NCBI GenBank assembly: GCA_038207335.1 | Contig: JBBQZX010000026.1 | Coordinates: 11,466-75,465, forward strand | Direction of reading: 5' to 3' | Length of the DNA: 64,000 nucleotides | From: Chthoniobacterales bacterium | Lineage (GTDB): Bacteria > Verrucomicrobiota > Verrucomicrobiia > Chthoniobacterales > Chthoniobacteraceae | Shown here: in pieces, positions 48,437 through 56,712 of the stretch | How positions within the stretch are numbered: the stretch's first letter is position 1 | How the letters are laid out: every line of letters begins with the position of its first letter | Made by a program: the position numbers and the translations under genes | Notes under the pieces: model-generated | Told to the model about the DNA's origin: nothing | What the model saw: only the letters and a program-made list of their open reading frames with translations | The model's database searches: none

Positions 48437-48534
48437 GCAGGCGTGGCGCAAATGGAAGACGCGGAGGACTTGGAATCCTCTGGGTGCCTCTGATCAGGAA
48501 TACACCCATGCGAGTTCGACTCTCGTCGCCTGCA
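48437..48534 (+). tRNA. Atypical type-II tRNA-like gene: tRNA-Leu-like body, anticodon UGG (Pro), 29-nt variable arm
   Basis: The manual cloverleaf reads: GCAGGCG-TG-GCG-CAAATGGAAGA-CGC-G-GAGGA-CTTGGAA-TCCTC-[TGGGTG...CACCCA-T, 29 nt]-GCGAG-TTCGACT-CTCGT-CGCCTGC-A. It has 7/7 Watson-Crick acceptor pairs, U33, a purine at 37, G18G19, T54-T55-C56 and A58. CCA is not encoded, as in tRNA-Cys. Confidence 0.6.
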
Positions 48535-48586
48535 ACCTCAACGTCGAATTTTAGCACTAAAAGTCAACGATGAATTGCAGCACGCT

Positions 48587-49567
48587 TCATTTCTGCTCCG
48601 CCAAAGGCTTGTATGTGAGGCGTTTGCCTTCGACTTTTTTCAGTCCGGCAACCGTGCGCTCTCCGTCTGAAACCTTGCGGTGATTCCAGCGGAAATCGAA
48701 TTCTGCAACGTATTTCGGCAGGTGCTTTTTGGAAATGTGGTGGAAATTTCCGGCGATTCCACGCCGCAAAAGGCTGAATGAGCTTTCCGCGTAGTTTGTC
48801 GTGACAACCTCGCCGTCCGCCTCGATGCGGTGATACTCTCGCTTGCCGCGCAGCTTTGCGTGACGCACTGACTTGTGGACGAACTCTTTCGGTAAATTGA
48901 TGTATGGCCGACTCTCATCGGTGTTGACCGTCGATCCCGCTTCGACGTGATCTTGCACGGCTTTGTGCAATCCCTTGGCCGTTACTCGGTCAAGAACGAC
49001 GGTTCGCCGGGTTCCAGTGGAACGCTCCACAAGCGCCACAACGCATGATTTTTCGGCGTGCGCTCCCGGACCGCGAAACTTCGCTTTTGTGCCGATATAG
49101 CACTCATCGACCTCGACGATTCCCGAGAGTTTGCCCTCGAAAATTGGATCGGTCATTGCGTGCCGAATCCGATGCGACATGAACCACGCTGTTTTGTAGC
49201 TTCCGAGACCAAGATGCCGTTGAAGCTGCTTTGCGCTCATGCCTTTTTTTGCGCCGCAAATCAGATACCAAGCAACAAGCCAGATGTTGAGCGGCACATG
49301 CGAATCCTCGAAAATCGTGCCGACCGTCACGCGGAATTGTTTCGTGCATTGAGCGCATTGCCGAATCCCGACGCGGATTTTTTTTGCCGGATTTGATTTG
49401 AGATTCCAAAAGAGAAGCTGATCACTGTTTCCGCAATGAGGGCACACGACGCCATTCTCCCACCGAATCGACTCCAAATATTTGATCGCCGTCTCTTCTG
49501 TGGAGAAGCGCAACATGATTTGCGGGAGCGTCAAATCCTCTGGCGTTGGAAGCAATTTCGTCTTCAT
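48587..49567 (-). CDS. IS1595-family (ISXO2-like) transposase
   Basis: N-terminal zinc ribbon CPHCGN...CAQC, then ...WLVAWYLICGAKKGMSAKQLQRHLGLGSYKTAWFMSHRIRHAM...VEVDECYIG (DDE domain). Confidence 0.9.
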   Translation of the reverse strand: MKTKLLPTPEDLTLPQIMLRFSTEETAIKYLESIRWENGVVCPHCGNSDQLLFWNLKSNPAKKIRVGIRQCAQCTKQFRVTVGTIFEDSHVPLNIWLVAWYLICGAKKGMSAKQLQRHLGLGSYKTAWFMSHRIRHAMTDPIFEGKLSGIVEVDECYIGTKAKFRGPGAHAEKSCVVALVERSTGTRRTVVLDRVTAKGLHKAVQDHVEAGSTVNTDESRPYINLPKEFVHKSVRHAKLRGKREYHRIEADGEVVTTNYAESSFSLLRRGIAGNFHHISKKHLPKYVAEFDFRWNHRKVSDGERTVAGLKKVEGKRLTYKPLAEQK

Positions 49568-49584
49568 GGAATCAAAATTCCATT

Positions 49585-49615
49585 TCTCTCAACATTTGTC
49601 AAGGGGATAATCGCG
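49585..49615. repeat. Right terminal inverted repeat (IRR)
   Basis: Reverse complement of IRL, 26/31 identical (see IRL). Confidence 0.8.
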
Positions 49616-49623
49616 GCGGTTTT
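49616..49623. repeat. Right copy of the 8-bp target-site duplication GCGGTTTT
   Basis: Identical to 47456-47463. Confidence 0.8.
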
Positions 49624-50079
49624 GCAACGGTACGGCTGTAAGGGCAGAAATCTGACACGACAACCGCACCAACACTCCTATTTCGTCATTTTTTCCCAAA
49701 AAAGCTGGCGAACCCGTGTGGTTTGATGTGCGCTATTTAGCCCCTTAACGTGCGGGGAGCGGTGCTGTTGGCGCTGCCGATTGGATATGCTCGCGTATGT
49801 CTCGCGATACATCGGGCGAGTATGCTTAACGCCCCGTATGTGCATTTCTTTTATGTCTTCGGAGCGATGGAATGCTTCGTCTTCATCGACCCGATAACTG
49901 CGTCGCCTATCGGTGCGATTTTGTCGATCATTCCTTTGATTGTGGGGCCGCTAGTGATCTTAGCGAGTTCCTGCGTGATCTTCCGGCGGCACCGGAATTC
50001 CCGGTTTCACTCCGTTGCATTTTGGTGGGGAATGGCCTTATTTCACGATGTCCCTTCTGGAGGACCATGGCGCGTCCTT

Positions 50080-50433
50080 TTACTCGAAGTAGGTGTCCTC
50101 GTGGCTGTAGGGCGGGGCGCAGGGACAGAGGAAGCGGAGGGGGGTGGTGGCGGTGATGGTGTGCCGGGCGCCGGGCGGGATGAGGATGGCGTCGCCCGGG
50201 ACGACGGGGCGGTGTTCGCCGTCGAGCTCCATGGTGCCGGTGCCGCTGAGGAGGAAGTAGATTTCCTCGCTAAGCCGGTGGTAGTGCCGCTGTGTGGATG
50301 CGCCGGCGGGGAGGGTGGCCTCGGCAAGGCTCTGGTGGGCGACGGGCGCGTTGGTGTGGTCGAGGATGCTGCGGATGGTGGACCCATCGGCGGTGGTGAA
50401 GGGCGCCTGCTGGTCGATGAGGCGGATGGTCAT
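50080..50433 (-). CDS. Cupin-domain protein
   Basis: Cupin motifs HYHRLSEEIYFLLSGTGTMELDG and PGDAILIPPGARH. Confidence 0.8.
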   Translation of the reverse strand: MTIRLIDQQAPFTTADGSTIRSILDHTNAPVAHQSLAEATLPAGASTQRHYHRLSEEIYFLLSGTGTMELDGEHRPVVPGDAILIPPGARHTITATTPLRFLCPCAPPYSHEDTYFE

Positions 50434-50529
50434 GGGAAGGCGCGTGATTTTCGACGGAGCTCGGGGTGGGCGGGACCGACACGCGGGACGCGTTGCGCTA
50501 CCGGAATTCCGCGGCTTGCACTATTAGGC

Positions 50530-51294
50530 TCACCGCGTGGGCGAGTAGTCGGTGGGCTTGAGGAAGAGGGATTTGACGCCGTCGGGGAGGGTGAGTGAGC
50601 CGCCGCCTTTTTGCTCGGAGGCGGCTTTGGCGGCGATCCAGTCGGAGTCGGCGCGGAAGTCGGCCCAGGATTTTGTGGCGGCATCGGCGCTGGCGTGGGC
50701 GATCATGTAAACGAGGGTGTCGGCGGCGGCGGGCTGGCCGGGGAGGAGCTGCCAGTAGAAGAGGTTGGTGATGCCGTGCTTCGCGAAGAGGGACATGGTG
50801 TGGTCGCGGAAACGGGCGTGGAGGAGGGGGAGGTTGTTCGGCGTGGTGGTGTAGATGCGGCGCTCGAAGACGCGATCTTCACCGGGTTTGGAGGGCTTGA
50901 TCTCAGGCGAGAAGTCGGTCGCTGACATGAAGAGCTGATCGACTTTGGTGACGAGCTTTCCACTGACCTCGGATGCGCTCTGGGCCTGCTTCCAGTCGGG
51001 GTCGGACATGAAGGCTTTCCATGAGACATCGCGCGCTTCGCGGCTGGGGTAGGCGAGGACGTAGATGAGGACGTTGTCGGTGTTCTCGATAGGGACCCAG
51101 TAGCCGATGTTGGTGATGCCGTGCTTTTCAAAGAGCGCCATCGTGTGGTCGCGGAAGCGGGCGTGGAGGGCATCGAGCTTGCCCTCGGCGGCGTGGTAGG
51201 TGCGCATTTCAAAGACGCGTGTGTCTTTGTCGGCGGCGACGAGGGAGGCGGTCGCGGTGAGGAGCAGGGCGGCGAGCAGGGCGAGGGATTTCAT
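50530..51294 (-). CDS. NIPSNAP-family protein (two NIPSNAP domains) with signal peptide
   Basis: The units VFEMRTYHAAEGKLDALHARFRDHTMALFEKHGITNIGYW and VFERRIYTTTPNNLPLLHARFRDHTMSLFAKHGITNLFYW are duplicated. N-terminal MKSLALLAALLLTATASLVAA. Confidence 0.8.
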   Translation of the reverse strand: MKSLALLAALLLTATASLVAADKDTRVFEMRTYHAAEGKLDALHARFRDHTMALFEKHGITNIGYWVPIENTDNVLIYVLAYPSREARDVSWKAFMSDPDWKQAQSASEVSGKLVTKVDQLFMSATDFSPEIKPSKPGEDRVFERRIYTTTPNNLPLLHARFRDHTMSLFAKHGITNLFYWQLLPGQPAAADTLVYMIAHASADAATKSWADFRADSDWIAAKAASEQKGGGSLTLPDGVKSLFLKPTDYSPTR

Positions 51295-51368
51295 CGCCGT
51301 GATGATGCACGCCGGGCGCGGGCGAGGGAAGCGCCGCGGAGGGGAAAGGGAGGCGGAGCTTTACGGGC

Positions 51369-51710
51369 TCAGTCGAACCACTCGTCGGTGGGGTCGAATG
51401 CGGGGATGGGGATGTTGAGGACTTTCAACTTTCCAATGGCGCGGTGACGGCAGCCGGGCTGGATCATGATGGAGGTGAGGGGGCGCACGGGGATCATCTC
51501 GCCATCGAGCTCGAGGAAGCCTTCGCCTTCGAGGATGACGTAGAATTCGGTGAGCTTTTTGTGGTAGTGGGCGCGGGCGTCTTCGGCGATTTCGACGAGG
51601 TGGACGGTGGCGAGCGGATTCTCGGGAGTGGCGAATCCGCGGCGGCTCCAGCCGCAGGGACAGCGCACGGGATCGAGGGTGTCAAGCTGAGTGACGGTGT
51701 ACGGTTTCAT
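51369..51710 (-). CDS. Cupin-domain protein (translationally coupled to the transglutaminase gene)
   Basis: HYHKKLTEFYVILEGEGFLELDG and PGCRHRA. The ATG overlaps the upstream stop (ATGA at 51707-51710 on the minus strand). Confidence 0.8.
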   Translation of the reverse strand: MKPYTVTQLDTLDPVRCPCGWSRRGFATPENPLATVHLVEIAEDARAHYHKKLTEFYVILEGEGFLELDGEMIPVRPLTSIMIQPGCRHRAIGKLKVLNIPIPAFDPTDEWFD

Positions 51711-53728
51711 GGTGAAGTTTGGACGGCGGCGGGAGCGCGGGAATTCAGGTGCTGGATTTTCGGGAAGGTGCGGAGAGCGTGTTGGAGTGCGGCGGGTGGC
51801 GCCGGAGCGGGAGAGTAGCGGAGTTGAATATAGAGATGCGCGATTTTGCGAATGGAATCGGCGTGGAGCGGGAGTGCGGTCGCGGCGCGGATGGAGAAGT
51901 CGAGGGGGCCTTCGCCGGGCGCGCGCGTGAGTCCTGCGGAGGCGAGCTTTTTACAAAAACGAGCATAGGCCCGCGCCGCGGCATCGGTGGAGGAGCGCGC
52001 GGGCAGGCGAAGCCAGAGCGCGATCGCGGCGAGGAAGCAAACGACGCCGAGCCCGCACCAGAGCAGGATCGCGGGCCAGTCGCGATCGGTGAAGCCGAGG
52101 AGGCCGAGGAAGCTGCGCTGGCTTTCGTCGTCGAAGTTCAGGACGTGGAGATCCCATTGGTAGTTCAGGTTGTCCCATGTGAGCCGCAATGCGTTCAGAA
52201 TCGCGCCGAGGCCGGGGGTGCGCGCGGCGAGATTCGGCGGGACGGCGGCGCTCGCGGGATGCGATTGGAGGAAGGATTCCATGCCTTCATTGAGGCGGTC
52301 GGGGGCGATTTGATTGAGCGCATCGATGCGCAACCAGCCTTCGCCGTTTCGCCAAACTTCGCACCATGCGTGGGCGGCGGACTGGCGGACGATGAGGTAG
52401 CTGCCCGCGACTTCGCCGCCGTGGTAGCCGATGACGATGCGCGACGGAATGCCGCCGAGCCGCATGAGCGTGGCAAACGCAGCGGCGTAGTGCTCGCAGA
52501 AGCCGGTGCGATTTTGGAAAAGGAAATCATCGAGCGACTCGCTGCGGCGGCTGCCGGGCGCGAGGGTGTAGGTGAAATCATGGTCCCGAAAATAGGCGAG
52601 ACCGGCGCGGATGAATGTGGCGTCGTCGGGTGAATGTGCGCGCCAATCGGCGACGAGCGCGGCGAGCCGCGGGGAGACTATGGTGGGGCGCTGGAGCGCG
52701 GCACGGCGCTGCTCGGGGAAGAGCCCGGCCTCGTGATTTTCGGACCGTGAAGTCACTTCATAATAGAGCGAAGTGAGGATCGGTTTTTTGCTCTGCAAAT
52801 AACCGCCCGGCTCGAAACTCATGTGCGCATCGCGTGTCGCGGGCCGATCGAGCGCGAAGATCCAGTGCGCGCCGTGCGGCTGGAGGACGATCTGCTGGCG
52901 GATCGGCGCGCCTTTCAACCGACCGGCAATGGGCTCCGCACGAGTGAGATTTCCACGCGTCCAGACGAGCCCTTCACCGTGCCAGAGGACTCCACCGCGC
53001 CAGTAAAGGTCGGAGATCGGAGGGGTATTTCCGTCTGGGAATGTGACGCGGAATGCCGGCTCGGGATTCATGGCGAGCGAGGCGACGCTGCCGGGCTCGA
53101 TGTGGTCGCTCATGCCGGTTTCGTTGCCGAGACCGCGGCTGAAGGTGAACCCGACGCCACCGTAGATGCGCGGGAAAAAGAGGAAGAGCAGGAGAACGAT
53201 CGGGAGTGCCTGCAGCATGAGCGTGGCGGCGAGGCGCGCGGCTTTTAGAAATCCGCCCCGGCTCTCGCCACGGTGAAATCGGATGAGTGCGGCGATGAGA
53301 ACGAGGCAGACGACGGCGGTGTAAAGCCAGACTTGGAAATCCTGCGCGAAGAAAAGTCCGCACAATCCGAGAAACCATCCGAGCAGGATGAGGACTTGGA
53401 AATCGCGAACGGTATTGGTCTCGAGGAGCTTTAGGGAGATGAGCAAAAGCAGGATGCCGAGCCCGGGCTCGATGCCGAGCATGGTGCCGTATGTGAGCGC
53501 GATGCCGGCGAGGCCGGCGCCGAGAACGAGGATTTTCACCGGCAGCGACGGAAGCGTGAGGTGGCGACGGTTGACGACGAGGCGCGCGAAAATCGCGACA
53601 CCAAAAAGCGCGAGAGACCACGGTGCGACTTTGTCCGCGAGAGGGAGCGCGGCGAGGACGAGTCCGGCGCAGACGCCGAGCATCGGGGTCATTTCGATGA
53701 GGCTGCGGGGGGAGCGAGCGGGCTTCAT
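51707..53728 (-). CDS. Transglutaminase-like membrane protein (TgpA/DUF3488 type)
   Basis: N-terminal multi-TM region. The transglutaminase core is GFCEHYAAAFATLMRLGGIPSRIV.GY...HAWCEVW (Cys-His-Asp triad context), followed by a C-terminal TM. Confidence 0.88.
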   Translation of the reverse strand: MKPARSPRSLIEMTPMLGVCAGLVLAALPLADKVAPWSLALFGVAIFARLVVNRRHLTLPSLPVKILVLGAGLAGIALTYGTMLGIEPGLGILLLLISLKLLETNTVRDFQVLILLGWFLGLCGLFFAQDFQVWLYTAVVCLVLIAALIRFHRGESRGGFLKAARLAATLMLQALPIVLLLFLFFPRIYGGVGFTFSRGLGNETGMSDHIEPGSVASLAMNPEPAFRVTFPDGNTPPISDLYWRGGVLWHGEGLVWTRGNLTRAEPIAGRLKGAPIRQQIVLQPHGAHWIFALDRPATRDAHMSFEPGGYLQSKKPILTSLYYEVTSRSENHEAGLFPEQRRAALQRPTIVSPRLAALVADWRAHSPDDATFIRAGLAYFRDHDFTYTLAPGSRRSESLDDFLFQNRTGFCEHYAAAFATLMRLGGIPSRIVIGYHGGEVAGSYLIVRQSAAHAWCEVWRNGEGWLRIDALNQIAPDRLNEGMESFLQSHPASAAVPPNLAARTPGLGAILNALRLTWDNLNYQWDLHVLNFDDESQRSFLGLLGFTDRDWPAILLWCGLGVVCFLAAIALWLRLPARSSTDAAARAYARFCKKLASAGLTRAPGEGPLDFSIRAATALPLHADSIRKIAHLYIQLRYSPAPAPPAALQHALRTFPKIQHLNSRAPAAVQTSP

Positions 53729-54594
53729 GGGGGCTCCTTTTCAAATGTCGCGAGAGCGCGGAGGCATTCGTGAAAATGGGCTTCGTCGCGAGCCGCGGAG
53801 ATGGTGCGAGAGCCGAGGCGCAGGCTGTAGGTCGCGCCGCGCCGCTGGGCCACGACGATCCAACGTGCGAGTTGGCTGAGACGCGCCTCCCAAGCGAGAT
53901 GCGCCAGGTCGTGCCAGTCGAAGATCAAGGTTTCATCGGCATCACCGGCCCATTGCTTCACCAGCAGGGGCTGGCCGCGCGCAGCGGCTTTCCAGTCAAT
54001 GTGGCGCTGCGATTCGCCGAGGCGGTAGCCACGCGTGCCTGCAAAATCGTCGCCTTCCACACGCAATCCATCGCGGAGCTGAAGTGCGGGATCGTGCGAG
54101 ATGGGAAGGGGCAGCACACCCTCGGGCTTCGGATAAATGAAGTGCGGCTGAACGACGGCAACATTTCGCAACGCGGTGAAAAAGCCGAGCGGGTAGAGCG
54201 TGCTCAGCTCTAAATTCAAGCCGGGAAGCAGGCCGCGCTCGATAGCGGGAAGATGCAGCTCCGCGGTCTGCATGAGCCCGGGTCGAACCTCGTCGAACGC
54301 TGTGCTGGAGCGGCTCCCGCGCGATTTGATCCTCAGCCCCGGATGGCTGCGCCGCTTGTGCGTGCGGGCGCGAAGCCGCACGCGAATTTCCTCGCCGGCA
54401 AAAACCGGCGCGATGGCTTCCGCAGTGATCGTGATCCCCCGCACGTTGCTCCACGCGTGGACAATCGATACCGCTGCCAAGCCCGCGAGCACGAAGCCGA
54501 GCAGGTATGCCGCCGCATTTCCCTGGCTCGCGCCCGCATACCACATGGCCGCGAGCAGCGCCGCGAGGCCGATGGTGTTGCGGTTGGGAAGCAT
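53725..54594 (-). CDS. DUF58 domain protein
   Basis: Trimmed to ATG 54594 (MLPNRNTIGLAALLAAMWY, two TM segments). The DDFAGTRGYRLGESQRHIDWKA motif is the DUF58 hallmark. It overlaps the downstream gene by 4 nt. Confidence 0.85.
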   Translation of the reverse strand: MLPNRNTIGLAALLAAMWYAGASQGNAAAYLLGFVLAGLAAVSIVHAWSNVRGITITAEAIAPVFAGEEIRVRLRARTHKRRSHPGLRIKSRGSRSSTAFDEVRPGLMQTAELHLPAIERGLLPGLNLELSTLYPLGFFTALRNVAVVQPHFIYPKPEGVLPLPISHDPALQLRDGLRVEGDDFAGTRGYRLGESQRHIDWKAAARGQPLLVKQWAGDADETLIFDWHDLAHLAWEARLSQLARWIVVAQRRGATYSLRLGSRTISAARDEAHFHECLRALATFEKEPP

Positions 54595-54681
54595 CGGGAA
54601 CTGGAGAGTTTCAGTTGAGTGTCGAGAGACTCGGGACCGCATTCTTTCTCTCAACTCTCAACGCAAAACTCTCAACTTTCC

Positions 54682-55593
54682 TCATGGAACCGCGACCGTT
54701 TTCAGCAGGCTGCGAGCAAGGGCGCGGCCGGTTTCGCCGGAGGATTCCAGATCTTCGCCGAGGCGGTGCGCCATGACAGCGATGGCGATGGCCTGGAGGT
54801 CTTCGGGGAGCACCATGTCGCGGCCCTGCATGAGCGCCCATGCCTGCGAGGCGCGCAGGAGCGCCAGTCCGGCGCGAGGCGAGAGGCCGGTGCGATGGCG
54901 CGCGCGGCTGGCATCGAGAAGGTCTTGCAAATAATCGAGCAGGGCAGGGGAGGCGTGGACCTCGCGGACCGCGCGCTGGACTTCCGCGAGGGAATCGGCG
55001 GTGAGCACGGGCTCGAGCTGGCGCAGAAGTTCGCGCCGGTCGAGACCGAGCAACATCGCGCGCTCGCTGGTGCGGTCGGGCACGCCGAGTTCGATGCGCA
55101 TGAGGAAGCGGTCGAGCTGCGATTCCGGGAGCGGAAAGGTGCCGATCTGGTGCTGCGGATTTTGCGTCGCGAGCACGAAGAACGGCTCGGGCAGCGCGTG
55201 CGTGACGCCATCGACGGTGACGTGATTTTCCTCCATCGCCTCGAGCAAAGCGCTTTGCGTTTTCGGCGTCGCTCGATTCACCTCGTCGATGAGGACGACC
55301 TGCGAGAATAGCGGGCCTGAGTGGAAAACGAAGCGCTGCTGCTCGCGGTCGAAGATCGAATTGCCGACGATGTCGGCCGGAAGCAGATCGCTGGTGAATT
55401 GGATGCGGCGAAAGTCGAGCCCGAGCGAGCGCGCGATGGCGTGAGAAAGCGTCGTTTTTCCCACGCCCGGGATGTCCTCGATGAGCAAATGCCCGCGCGC
55501 CAGCAGGCATGCGATTGCGAGCTGAATGGCCTCGCTTTTGCCGACGATGATTTCGCTGATTTGTGACGCGAGCGCCTCGATGCGTGTTTTCAA
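54682..55593 (-). CDS. MoxR-family AAA+ ATPase
   Basis: Walker A GVGKT(T/L), Walker B LIDEVNRA, and ATQNP...G.(F/Y)PLPE.QLDRF. Confidence 0.92.
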   Translation of the reverse strand: MKTRIEALASQISEIIVGKSEAIQLAIACLLARGHLLIEDIPGVGKTTLSHAIARSLGLDFRRIQFTSDLLPADIVGNSIFDREQQRFVFHSGPLFSQVVLIDEVNRATPKTQSALLEAMEENHVTVDGVTHALPEPFFVLATQNPQHQIGTFPLPESQLDRFLMRIELGVPDRTSERAMLLGLDRRELLRQLEPVLTADSLAEVQRAVREVHASPALLDYLQDLLDASRARHRTGLSPRAGLALLRASQAWALMQGRDMVLPEDLQAIAIAVMAHRLGEDLESSGETGRALARSLLKTVAVP

Positions 55594-55800
55594 AAGGGGT
55601 TGGGGAATTTCCAGTCGGATGCGGCAGGTGTCGAGCCGTAGAGCGGACAGAATACTTGGATATCAAGATTTTCGCCTGCGAGGCACAAACTCTCACCGCG
55701 GAATTTGCTGCCGAATCGTTTAGACCATACAAAACTGCGTGGAGATTGAGTTCCGATCTCCATTACGCGAATGGATGGAAAGGCCAGAACGCTCACAAAC

Positions 55801-56595
55801 ATGAATCTTCAACTAGAAAACAAACTCGCGCTTGTGACCGGATCGACGGCAGGCATCGGCTTCGCAATTGCGAAAATGCTCGCCGGCGAGGGGGCCCGGG
55901 TGATCGTCAATGGTCGCACTTCCGAGCGCGTCGAGGAAGCGACGGAACGGATACGCAGCGAACATCGCGAGGCGAAACTAGAACCGCTGGCGGTCGATCT
56001 CTCCACCGCGGAAGGCGTCGAGGAAACCGTGCGTCGCTATCCCGACGTGGAGGTGCTGGTGAACAATCTCGGCATCTTCGAACCGAAGCCTTTCGAGGAG
56101 ATTCCGGATTCAGATTGGTTCCGCTTTTTCGACGTGAATGTGATGAGCGGCGTGCGCCTCAGTCGTGCGTTTCTTTCCAAAATGAAGGCGCGGGACTGGG
56201 GCCGAATCGTTTTCATTTCGAGCGAATCGGGCCTGCAAATCCCGCTCGAAATGGTGCATTACGGCATGACCAAAACGGCGCAGATCGCCGTCGCGCGAGG
56301 GATCGCGGAGGGGTGCGCCGGGACAGGCGTGACCTGCAATGCCGTGCTGCCGGGGCCGACCGGTTCGGAGGGTGTGAAAGAGTTCATCGGCACGATGGCC
56401 GAACAGAGCGGTCAGAGCTTTGAGCAGACAGAAGATGAGTTTTTTAAGACCGCGCGTCCGACTTCACTCCTCAAGCGTTTCGCCACGCCGGATGAAGTCG
56501 CGGCGATGGTGGTGTTCGTTTGCAGCCCGCTCGCGTCGGCAACGAACGGTGCCGCGCTCCGAGTGGATGGTGGCGTTGTGAAATCGCCATTTTGA
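55801..56595 (+). CDS. SDR-family oxidoreductase
   Basis: Trimmed to ATG 55801. TGSTAGIG cofactor motif, NNLG, and catalytic YGMTK. Confidence 0.9.
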   Translation: MNLQLENKLALVTGSTAGIGFAIAKMLAGEGARVIVNGRTSERVEEATERIRSEHREAKLEPLAVDLSTAEGVEETVRRYPDVEVLVNNLGIFEPKPFEEIPDSDWFRFFDVNVMSGVRLSRAFLSKMKARDWGRIVFISSESGLQIPLEMVHYGMTKTAQIAVARGIAEGCAGTGVTCNAVLPGPTGSEGVKEFIGTMAEQSGQSFEQTEDEFFKTARPTSLLKRFATPDEVAAMVVFVCSPLASATNGAALRVDGGVVKSPF

Positions 56596-56712
56596 GCGAC
56601 GCAAGAGAATGGTGATCCTCACCCGCGATTGAATCCCGCATCTGCGTTTTCCAAGGTCCCCCTGTCCATCGTCTTGCCGCCCTCGCGCGATGCGCTAACT
56701 TCCGCGGCCGAA

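Larger units (their letters stand above)
47464..49615 (-). mobile_element. IS1595-family insertion element (2152 bp) carrying about 1.1 kb of passenger DNA
   Basis: Terminal inverted repeats (26/31), a flanking perfect 8-bp direct repeat (8 bp is the size I recall as typical for IS1595), an IS1595/ISXO2-type transposase starting 48 nt inside the right end, and an interior visibly more AT-rich than its surroundings. Confidence 0.8.

Noticed and set aside
48437-48537. Possibility that the tRNA-like region is a tmRNA 3' fragment or a duplicated tRNA 3' end (att site)
   Set aside because: A complete 5' acceptor strand, D arm and anticodon arm are present and pair perfectly. There is no tag-peptide ORF or tmRNA pseudoknots. 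The sequence lies inside the IS rather than at its junction.
49750-50598. 282-aa + strand ORF with a hydrophobic N-terminal third
   Set aside because: After about 110 plausible membrane-like residues in the AT-richer spacer, it continues for about 170 aa antisense through the cupin gene with Gly/Ala/Arg-rich junk. At best it is a remnant or a very short membrane peptide that cannot be delimited, so it is not reported as a gene.
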